NCBI GenBank assembly: GCA_020059915.1
Contig: JAGVBB010000003.1
Location: 233,625 to 297,624, forward strand
From: Minisyncoccota bacterium
GTDB lineage: Bacteria > Patescibacteriota > Minisyncoccia > UBA6257 > GWB1-50-10
Length of the DNA stretch: 64,000 nt
Direction of reading: 5' to 3'
Both the position numbers and the translations under genes were made by a program. The notes under the pieces are model-generated. The model worked only from the letters and a program-made list of their open reading frames with translations, searched no databases and was not told where the DNA came from. Below, piece after piece: positions 48,191 through 55,487 of the stretch; position 1 is the first letter of the stretch, and each line of letters opens with the position of its first letter.

Positions 48191-50641
48191 TTATTTACAT
48201 AAATAGGTGCCACCAATACTTCCAGAGATATTTCCACTATAGTTCACAAAAGCAGTACATTCTACTGCGGAAGTGAAAACACGAAAGTCTGTTCCAATTT
48301 GACAAACTGTTGTCTGCCCCACATCACCACATGGAAAAATTTGAGAACCGGCCGTACAACCAACATTGGAACCAGAGTAACAAGTTGATCCACCTGGCAT
48401 TCGATACCAAGCATAAAAAAGACTTCCAGGAGCATATTGTGTTCCAGCAGACGAAGTTATAGCTCCATCACAATTATAATCAAAACTTCCATCACCACGG
48501 TTTGTAGAGAATGAAGAAGCTTGTCCAGGTCGCGCGTTTGCATTTGAATCATAACAGTCAGAATTATTTACAACATATCCAGCTGGTGGTGTTGGACTTG
48601 CTGAAGTAGTCGAAACTGAAGGATTTCCATATCCATCGCCATCTACATCACGATAGTAGGTATATGAGGGGGTGACGGTAAGCGTTGTGTTATATGTTTG
48701 TGATTCTGAACTTCCAGTAAACCCAATATTACTCACAGACATAGTAACAGAAAGATTGTATGTTCCCGGTGTTGCGCCCGCAGGAATAATAAAATCAACT
48801 GGGTGTGAGGCAGTGCCCCCCGCGGCTACATAATAACTACTCGGTCCACAATTCGGAAAGTTGTAACACGTCGTTCCCGAAGGAAGTCCACTAATTGAAG
48901 AGACAGTAAGTGGATATGAAACTGGATCACCACTCAAATCAGAACGTGTATGTGTAAACCCACCACTAACAGTTCCACCAACCGGAGCACTTCCCCCTGA
49001 AAATGAACCGGAAATACAATTTCCATAATTCGCACCCGCGTTCCCATCATTACAGTCTCTTGAATCGGTTGTGTATCCAGATGGAGCGGAATTTCCATAA
49101 CAAACACTTGTTGCCGCATCGGAATACGGATAACTTAATGTTGCCTTTCCACCATATCCATCACCATCAGCGTCCGGATAAAATGTTCCATTTCTCCACT
49201 TAGAAGCATCGGACGACGCACAATCTGAATTGTTATTTGAACACCAACCAGTTGTTATACAATCCCATGCTCCTCCATCATACCCAATACAAAATGGTTG
49301 AAGACTTCCAGCTCCATATCCATCATGATCCGAATCTAAATATTTTTGAACAATTCGCCAAACACCAGCGGACGTATCATCACAATCTGTCCCTAAAGAT
49401 GGATAGGTTGTGTGATATGGGCACGAAGTTGCGCAATATGACGAACCACTCCCAACAGTATATCCATCGGTATCATTATCTGTATAGCAGGTTCTATATG
49501 AAGAAACTGAATAATTATAATCATCGCAATCACTTCCCGGAGAAGCAGAAACACCAGGATTTGAAGAGCCTCCACAAAGATATCCATAATTACTCCCATA
49601 CACTCCATCTCCATCATTATCTAAATACCCTCCCCAATCTTGATAAGTCCAATAATCACTATCATTACAATCGCTTCCTGGACTGGTATTGCCAGCTGGG
49701 AGTGACGTACCAGAACAAATTGAACTTTGACTCGGACTATTATACCCATCCCCATCATTATCTGCATATCCACTCAAATATTGCCATACAGTTGCCGACC
49801 CATCATTACAATCAATATTAAACGAAGTAAGTGCTGACTTTCTTACTCTTCCTCCAGCACTACTCGTATATTGAGTGCTATTTGATGGGTATCCATCACT
49901 GTCTGCATCGCTCATATATAAATCACCCTGTTGGATACTTCCTCCAGATCCCAACACAATTTTTCCTCCGTTGCTCAACGTGATTGACTTCCCCGCATTC
50001 CAAACAAACGTACCATTTACTGTGAGTGTCGCATTTGCATCAATAGCAACATTTCCGTTATCAACCCCATCAACACCACTGATGGTACACGACGCACCAG
50101 CATTGTTCGTCGTCATACTCCAATTTCCTGAAAGGGCTATACCGCACGCATCTGACCATGCAATATCAAAAAAATCTGAATTACCCGCATTGTCTTCTGC
50201 AACAAAACGAGTGGTATATCGCGTGTCATGTGTATCTTCAACAATCCAACTTCCCCTCCAAATATTTGATCCCTCATTATTAAGCGCTACCTCTTGTGTT
50301 TTTGTATCAGTAGTAATAACTGCTTTTACAGACTTAATACCAGACTCTGCAGAAACTTCAATCATAAACGTCTGCATGTCCCCCAAATGAACATCCGGAG
50401 GATCTATCTCCCCTTTTATAAATTTGATAGCATTCTCATCTGCAGATGCAACACTAAATTCATATATACCCTGTGGCAATGTCCACTCTTTTCCATCTTT
50501 ATTCACCAAAATGCGATCTTTTTGTTCAATAGCACGCTTTCCAAAAAAAGAAGGGAGAGAAAGAAATGCAATCACAAAAACCGCGAAAAAGAACACGATG
50601 AGTCCTGCAATATGCGGTTTTTCCTGCACGAATTTTTTCAT
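48191..50641 (-). CDS. membrane-anchored surface protein with MopE-like Cys/Asp repeats (DxDxDGYG calcium-binding-type motifs)
   Basis: 816 aa with an N-terminal TM and about 8 repeats of C.D.D....PG..E.CDG.DNDGDGY (DADSDGYPS, DNDGDGYNS, DVDGDGYGNPS). Confidence 0.65.
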   Translation of the reverse strand: MKKFVQEKPHIAGLIVFFFAVFVIAFLSLPSFFGKRAIEQKDRILVNKDGKEWTLPQGIYEFSVASADENAIKFIKGEIDPPDVHLGDMQTFMIEVSAESGIKSVKAVITTDTKTQEVALNNEGSNIWRGSWIVEDTHDTRYTTRFVAEDNAGNSDFFDIAWSDACGIALSGNWSMTTNNAGASCTISGVDGVDNGNVAIDANATLTVNGTFVWNAGKSITLSNGGKIVLGSGGSIQQGDLYMSDADSDGYPSNSTQYTSSAGGRVRKSALTSFNIDCNDGSATVWQYLSGYADNDGDGYNSPSQSSICSGTSLPAGNTSPGSDCNDSDYWTYQDWGGYLDNDGDGVYGSNYGYLCGGSSNPGVSASPGSDCDDYNYSVSSYRTCYTDNDTDGYTVGSGSSYCATSCPYHTTYPSLGTDCDDTSAGVWRIVQKYLDSDHDGYGAGSLQPFCIGYDGGAWDCITTGWCSNNNSDCASSDASKWRNGTFYPDADGDGYGGKATLSYPYSDAATSVCYGNSAPSGYTTDSRDCNDGNAGANYGNCISGSFSGGSAPVGGTVSGGFTHTRSDLSGDPVSYPLTVSSISGLPSGTTCYNFPNCGPSSYYVAAGGTASHPVDFIIPAGATPGTYNLSVTMSVSNIGFTGSSESQTYNTTLTVTPSYTYYRDVDGDGYGNPSVSTTSASPTPPAGYVVNNSDCYDSNANARPGQASSFSTNRGDGSFDYNCDGAITSSAGTQYAPGSLFYAWYRMPGGSTCYSGSNVGCTAGSQIFPCGDVGQTTVCQIGTDFRVFTSAVECTAFVNYSGNISGSIGGTYLCK

Positions 50642-50647
50642 GCGTGT

Positions 50648-51889
50648 TTATTTATTATTTTTGTAATATGTATCCAGATTCAAACCCTCCCAATCGCTAC
50701 TTGAATAATTAGTCCAATCTTTTGCATCAAATCGTGGAGCAGTTAGACGATAACTTATTTCTAATTTTGAATTTTGAATTTCTAATTTTGAATTAGGAAT
50801 ACCGAATATCACAATCTTTTTGTTTTGTTCGTCTTTTTGATACCATACTTTGCCATCAAAGTTTGGAGTAAGAAGCACAGACACATGCTTCAATCCATTT
50901 TTTTCTACATCAATAGTATGTGCAAATAACCACACATCACTTCCTTTTTCTTTATTGTTTAAATCAATAGTATATGAATATAAATTCCCATTCAAAGTTG
51001 CAACAAGTGTAGCAACGTCACTGAGCTCTTCTTTCACACCACCAACCATTCCAGGGTTGTATGTTGCATATCGCTTCCCTTCTATGGTGTAAACTGGATC
51101 AAATGTCACCCCATCAATCTTGTTTGCAATAATATCTGCCGCCGCTGTTCCCTCATCTGCATAGATTTGTCCAGCAACTTGAAGTTTATATGTTGGATTC
51201 GTTATACCAATACCTACCCTTCCAGAACTATCTACATTTAAACGCCATGCACCAGTATGCCAAAAGCCAAATGCAGAGGTCCCAGTGTTATCTAAGGATC
51301 CTATAAACCTGTCTCCACTCCCGGAAGAGTCTGTAATCCAAATTCCAGCACTTCCATTAGAACCCTGTCTTATTCTAATTCTATCTGCAATATCTAATTT
51401 ATATCCAGGAGTTACTCCAATACCAACACTTCCATCTCCCGCAAAAACAACTGGATATGATGTATTCCCAAACATTCTAACTCCATTCCCTCCAGCAAAT
51501 TGCATTTCAATAAAACCATCGGTTCTGTTTATTTGGCTGGCATTCATGGTAAAGGCGCCACCGGCACCAACCTGAAGAACACCCGCAATAGTCGTGGTTC
51601 CTACAACATATAATGGTGAAGTTGGATTTGTTGTTCCAATACCAACATAGGTTGCCGCTTGTGGATAAATCTTTGTACTTGTTGCAGTCCATCCCCCACC
51701 CCCAATCGCTGATGCGCTATCAAGCGTTGAGCTGTCTGGAAATCGAATAACTTTTCCTGGCGAAAGAATAATATCTTTATCAATAGTAAGTGAGTTCTGT
51801 GCATATACAACGGCAACACCACTCAAGATCACGACACCCAAAAATAAGAGCGCTCCCGAAAACAATTTTTTGCGCAAAAAATGTTTCAT
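50648..51889 (-). CDS. secreted tail-fibre-like repeat protein with a C-terminal domain shared with 55488..59504
   Basis: Likely start MKHFLRKKLF (signal peptide); the ORF track start 51913 uses GTG. Contains VGIGTTNPTSPLYVVG, VGIGVTPGYKLDI and VGIGITNPTYKLQVAG repeats. C-terminal DPVYTIEGKRYATYNPGMVGGVKEE...EKGSDVWLF matches the C-terminus of the 1338-aa protein. Confidence 0.7.
   Translation of the reverse strand: MKHFLRKKLFSGALLFLGVVILSGVAVVYAQNSLTIDKDIILSPGKVIRFPDSSTLDSASAIGGGGWTATSTKIYPQAATYVGIGTTNPTSPLYVVGTTTIAGVLQVGAGGAFTMNASQINRTDGFIEMQFAGGNGVRMFGNTSYPVVFAGDGSVGIGVTPGYKLDIADRIRIRQGSNGSAGIWITDSSGSGDRFIGSLDNTGTSAFGFWHTGAWRLNVDSSGRVGIGITNPTYKLQVAGQIYADEGTAAADIIANKIDGVTFDPVYTIEGKRYATYNPGMVGGVKEELSDVATLVATLNGNLYSYTIDLNNKEKGSDVWLFAHTIDVEKNGLKHVSVLLTPNFDGKVWYQKDEQNKKIVIFGIPNSKLEIQNSKLEISYRLTAPRFDAKDWTNYSSSDWEGLNLDTYYKNNK
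50758..50799. repeat. 21-nt tandem duplication inside the CDS (encodes NSKLEIQ NSKLEIS) with similarity to repeat-element flanks
   Basis: tttctaattttgaatt ttgaa tttctaattttgaatt. Confidence 0.5.
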
Positions 51890-51920
51890 ATCTATAGAAT
51901 TAGTATAACACACTGCAATA

Positions 51921-52080
51921 AACTCTAATATCTAAAAACTAAATCCTAAACAAACCTGTCTGCCGATAGGTAGATTCAAATGACCAAAACTCAAAATATT
52001 TAGAACATTTGGATTTTGATATTGTTTAGAGCTTAGCCTGCCTGTCCGGTAGGCAGGAATTAGTGCTTAGAGTTTAATAA
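51921..52080. repeat. palindromic IVS-like repeat element, copy 1 (upstream of 50648..51889)
   Basis: aaactctaatatctaaa...caaaactcaaaatatttagaacatttggattttgatattgtttagagcttag CCTGCCTGTCCGGTAGGCAGG aattagtgcttagagtttaataaaa; the core hairpin is at 52037-52057. Confidence 0.8.
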
Positions 52081-52081
52081 A

Positions 52082-52100
52082 AAAGCCCTTTTGGGCTTTT
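52082..52100 (-). terminator. terminator GCCC-AAAA-GGGC plus U-run for the 52101..52658 gene
   Basis: Hairpin at 52085-52096 abuts the stop codon. Confidence 0.7.
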
Positions 52101-52658
52101 TTATTCTACTATCATCTTCCCCACCTCTCCCCTTCCTGGATGTCCAGGAACATCACAATGATATGCATACGTTCCTTTTTTCGTCGGTGCGTTGAACGTA
52201 ATGAGTCTCGCAGGATCACCAGGACCAACACCAACCGCTACTGCAGAAAGTGATGGATCATCAAACATAAATAAGTGAGTTCCACTATCTCCCGCAGAAA
52301 CAAGTAAGTGCGTCACTGCTCCCGCCTTTACTGTAAATTGTGAGGGGGTGATTCCTGTTGCTGAAATTTTTATATCTATCGCTTCTGAAGGAACAGATGC
52401 CTTGTCTGTTATAGGAAGTGATTCTTGTGGTGCCTCTGGTGACATTGGCGCAACATCGTTTCGTGCTGCCTTTCCTTCTGGTGTTACCACAACACCCTCA
52501 ACACTCACCGCACTCGCACCAGGTGCTGCAACATTACTCGGTTTGTATGTCTGCTCTTGTTGCGTTGGCTCGCTGAAACTTCCCGTGATCGCAAGCGCTA
52601 CCACAATGGCAATAACAACAACCGCAAATATAATCCAAATAATTGTTTTCTTTTCCAT
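52101..52658 (-). CDS. membrane-anchored cupredoxin-like (type-1 copper) protein
   Basis: N-terminal TM, Pro/Ser/Glu-rich linker, then a C-terminal beta-sandwich with His (GTHLFMF), YHCDVPGH and GKM, i.e. an H-C-H-M ligand set. Confidence 0.7.
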   Translation of the reverse strand: MEKKTIIWIIFAVVVIAIVVALAITGSFSEPTQQEQTYKPSNVAAPGASAVSVEGVVVTPEGKAARNDVAPMSPEAPQESLPITDKASVPSEAIDIKISATGITPSQFTVKAGAVTHLLVSAGDSGTHLFMFDDPSLSAVAVGVGPGDPARLITFNAPTKKGTYAYHCDVPGHPGRGEVGKMIVE

Positions 52659-52673
52659 AAGTTAATTATAACA

Positions 52674-52818
52674 AAAACTCTAATATCTAAACCCTAAATT
52701 CTAAACAAATTTAAATGACCAAAACTCAAAATATTTAGAACATTTGGATTTTGATATTGTTTAGAGCTTAGACCTGCCTGTCCGGTAGGTAGGAATTCGT
52801 GCTTAGAGTTTAATAAAA
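52674..52818. repeat. palindromic IVS-like repeat element, copy 2 (upstream of 52101..52658)
   Basis: Nearly identical to copy 1. The core at 52773-52793 has one substitution that keeps pairing only as G-U on the plus-strand transcript. Confidence 0.8.
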
Positions 52819-52839
52819 CAAGCCATTAGGCTTGTTTTA
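52819..52839 (-). terminator. terminator CAAGCC-UAAU-GGCUUG plus U-run for 52840..54273
   Basis: Hairpin directly after the stop codon. Confidence 0.7.
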
Positions 52840-54273
52840 TTATCGTTTCATTTTAAAGTCCAATCTCATTGATTTAAGGAACAATGAATACATCGGATTG
52901 GAATCTGGAGTATATTCCATCTTCCAGAATATTCGATTTGCTTCTTGATTCTTGAATGTTATTTCTTCCCCCACATTCACGCGTTGCCAATTGGTGCCAT
53001 CATTAGAAAGGAAAATAGATATATTTCCCGATTTTGTATAATCCGCAAATGTAACTGTTCCTTTTTGAACGGGAAGAATATTGTTGCTGATGTTTGCAGA
53101 GGCAACGGTGTACGATTTTGAATTATCAAATCCATAGTCATAAAAATTCCACGCCTCAACCCCAGTGTCGGCATCTGCATTGCAACGAAGCGCTCTATTT
53201 TCCACAACCCCGTCGCAAACCAATCTGCGAACGTTGCCCAACGAATTCAACGAGCTCATCAAGTTGACTGCCCCCTCAATTGAATTTGTCCCATTCTGAA
53301 ACAATTTTATGAACTTTATTTTCCCCGCTCCCTTGTTCCACACATACCACATTGCATCGTTCCCAAATCCAACTTTTGATATACCGGGGACAAACCCGCC
53401 ATCCATGAACCGCGTATTGAATATATTGGGAATTTCTACGGCACTCCCATCATTCAAAAACTGAAAAGCACGACCCTCATATCCCCCATACACCAACAAC
53501 CACCCACCATCATTTCCCCCAATACCAATCGTCCCAATATATTTTGAATCAAATAATTCTCCACTTCCTTTTATGTTTTTAAAATTGGAACCATCAAATG
53601 CATATACATAGGACTTAAAGATTCCATCTTCCTTGATAACCACCCCAACACGCCACCCTGAATCCAATGCAGAAACGGAAACGGTCATCAATGTTTTTGA
53701 TCTCACCTCTTCAGGGAGTTGTACCTCACTTGATCCTCGATATAGTCCCAACCCTTTTGCTACATAGCATTCTTTTTGTATGCACGCCTCTTCCGCAGAT
53801 ATTTGTTTGAATGCATCTGCTCGTCGCCACTCGTATTTTGGAGGGAGTGTGAACACACTCACTTCTCGATCGTGCCACAAGGTTGTCTGCACCTGATCTA
53901 CCCAGCCAAGCCCAGAAAAGAAGTCATGGAATGTTTGGTAGCTATATTCATCAGAAACTGCTTGCGGACCAAGTCCTGGAATATCAAGTTGGATCAGTGA
54001 TTTGGAAAGTTCTTTCTGTCTCATTTTCGACAATGTCTCTGTGGAGGACGCAATAATTGTCTTTTGTCCCGCAGTTGTCTGATCACCTTTCTGCACACTT
54101 ATAATTGCATTATCAACAATCTTTCTTTCAAGGAAGTTACGAACCGCTGTTGCTGCCAAAAAAAGAAATGTAAAAAAACCGATTGCAGCAATCATCACGC
54201 TGAAAGCGATTCCCAATCCTTCAAATACCTTCTTCCCCTCTTTTGTTATTTTCTTGAACGGCTCATGCTTCAT
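52840..54273 (-). CDS. membrane-anchored extracellular protein, unknown function
   Basis: 477 aa with an N-terminal TM; no family I recognise. Confidence 0.55.
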   Translation of the reverse strand: MKHEPFKKITKEGKKVFEGLGIAFSVMIAAIGFFTFLFLAATAVRNFLERKIVDNAIISVQKGDQTTAGQKTIIASSTETLSKMRQKELSKSLIQLDIPGLGPQAVSDEYSYQTFHDFFSGLGWVDQVQTTLWHDREVSVFTLPPKYEWRRADAFKQISAEEACIQKECYVAKGLGLYRGSSEVQLPEEVRSKTLMTVSVSALDSGWRVGVVIKEDGIFKSYVYAFDGSNFKNIKGSGELFDSKYIGTIGIGGNDGGWLLVYGGYEGRAFQFLNDGSAVEIPNIFNTRFMDGGFVPGISKVGFGNDAMWYVWNKGAGKIKFIKLFQNGTNSIEGAVNLMSSLNSLGNVRRLVCDGVVENRALRCNADADTGVEAWNFYDYGFDNSKSYTVASANISNNILPVQKGTVTFADYTKSGNISIFLSNDGTNWQRVNVGEEITFKNQEANRIFWKMEYTPDSNPMYSLFLKSMRLDFKMKR

Positions 54274-54302
54274 TTCTTTAATTGTAACAAAAACAATTAA
54301 AG

Positions 54303-54448
54303 AAACTCTAATATCTAAACTTTAAATTCTAAACAAATTCAAATAACCAAAACTCAAAATATTTGAAACATTTGGATTTTGATATTGTTTAGGATTTAGA
54401 CCTGCCTGTCCGGTAGGCAGGAATTAGTGCTTAGAGTTTAATAAAAAA
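54303..54448. repeat. palindromic IVS-like repeat element, copy 3 (upstream of 52840..54273)
   Basis: Same architecture as copies 1 and 2; core hairpin at 54401-54421. Confidence 0.8.
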
Positions 54449-54469
54449 TCCGCCTTTCGGCGGTATTTT
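54449..54469 (-). terminator. terminator CCGCC-GAAA-GGCGG plus U-run for the 54470 gene
   Basis: Hairpin abuts the stop codon. Confidence 0.7.
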
Positions 54470-54976
54470 TTATTTGACTATCATCTTCCCCACCTCTCCG
54501 TTATCTTCATGTCCTGGCAAATCACATCTGAATATATATTCTCCAGCTTTGTCTGGTGCTATGAAATTCACCGCACTTGTCTGTCCCGGCCCCGCGTTCA
54601 ATGCTACCGAACCAAGTGATGGATCTTTAAATGCAAATGTGTGTGATTTGTCTGTTGAGGTTATTGCAAGCGTTACCGTCTGTCCCCTGCTTACAGTAAA
54701 TTCACTCGGAGAAAATCCAGATGGGGAAATAGAAAGTTCAATGGTCCCTTCAGGAAGTTTTTCCCGAGCAACAGTGCTTGCCTGCGGAACCTCTGCATTG
54801 TTTGGAACGGGCGCACTCACCACGCCAGGGAGTGACTCCTCCGTATTTGTCACCGTCTCAACAATTTTCTTTGCAGAATCCGCCCCTCCGTTTGAAAACG
54901 CAAGAATAATGATTCCTAGTGCGACCACCACCCCCACAATAATCCAAATATATAATCTCTTTTTATGCTCTTCCAT
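54470..54976 (-). CDS. membrane-anchored cupredoxin-like (type-1 copper) protein, paralog of 52101..52658
   Basis: C-terminal HTFAFKD ... YIFRCDLPGHEDNGEVGKMIVK (H-C-H-M). The likely start MEEHKK is at 54976; the ORF track start 55066 overlaps the upstream gene. Confidence 0.7.
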   Translation of the reverse strand: MEEHKKRLYIWIIVGVVVALGIIILAFSNGGADSAKKIVETVTNTEESLPGVVSAPVPNNAEVPQASTVAREKLPEGTIELSISPSGFSPSEFTVSRGQTVTLAITSTDKSHTFAFKDPSLGSVALNAGPGQTSAVNFIAPDKAGEYIFRCDLPGHEDNGEVGKMIVK

Positions 54977-54991
54977 AATATCATTATACAC

Positions 54992-55480
54992 AAACTCTAA
55001 ATTCGAAAACCTAAACCCTAAACAAATTCTAATATCAAAAAAGATAAAACTATTTTGACTTCTCAATAATAGAACCGAATATCTTCATTAACTCTGTCGC
55101 CTCTTGTTTTAGTTCTTTTTGTTTCTCTTCGTCGTTTTGATTCACAAGAATAAGTGATAACCAATAAACACTTTCTTTTGCTTCTTTTCTACAAATTTTA
55201 ACTCTCATAACAAAATCTTTTTTACTTAGAGATTCGTTGGCTTCAATATAGTTAGCACCAACAGAACCCGCCGAACGAGCAAGCTGTTTTCCATATTCAA
55301 TAGTGGTGACCGATTTTGGAGCTTTATTTATTAAATCACGCACGTTTCGTGCAAAGATAAGCGTTCTCTCTTCAAGATCATATCCACCTTTTCTATTTTG
55401 AAATTCAACCATTTGAATTTTGAGATTGTTTAGAGTTTAGGCCTGCCTGTCCGGTAGGCAGGAATTAGTGCTTAGGGTTT
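54992..55480. mobile_element. copy 4 of the palindromic element, split into left (54992-55043) and right (55413-55480) halves by the embedded four-helix-bundle ORF
   Basis: The left half aaactctaaattcgaaaacctaaaccctaaacaaattctaatatcaaaa and right half ttgaattttgagattgtttagagtttagg CCTGCCTGTCCGGTAGGCAGG aattagtgcttagggttt together reconstitute copies 1-3, with the 363-nt ORF in place of the central loop. Confidence 0.7.
55050..55412 (-). CDS. four-helix-bundle protein (23S rRNA intervening-sequence protein family; same fold family as DGR Avd)
   Basis: 120 aa containing GSVGANYIEANESLSKKDFVMRVKICRKEAKESVYWLSL, characteristic of TIGR02436/PF05635. Confidence 0.75.
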   Translation of the reverse strand: MVEFQNRKGGYDLEERTLIFARNVRDLINKAPKSVTTIEYGKQLARSAGSVGANYIEANESLSKKDFVMRVKICRKEAKESVYWLSLILVNQNDEEKQKELKQEATELMKIFGSIIEKSK

Positions 55481-55487
55481 ACAGTTT

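Noticed and set aside
55413-55480. Possibility that the element copies are DGR template repeats paired with a variable repeat at 55788-55952
   Set aside because: Differences between copies are not restricted to adenine positions, there are multiple copies at unrelated sites, and no reverse transcriptase is present; a mobile or regulatory repeat interpretation fits better.
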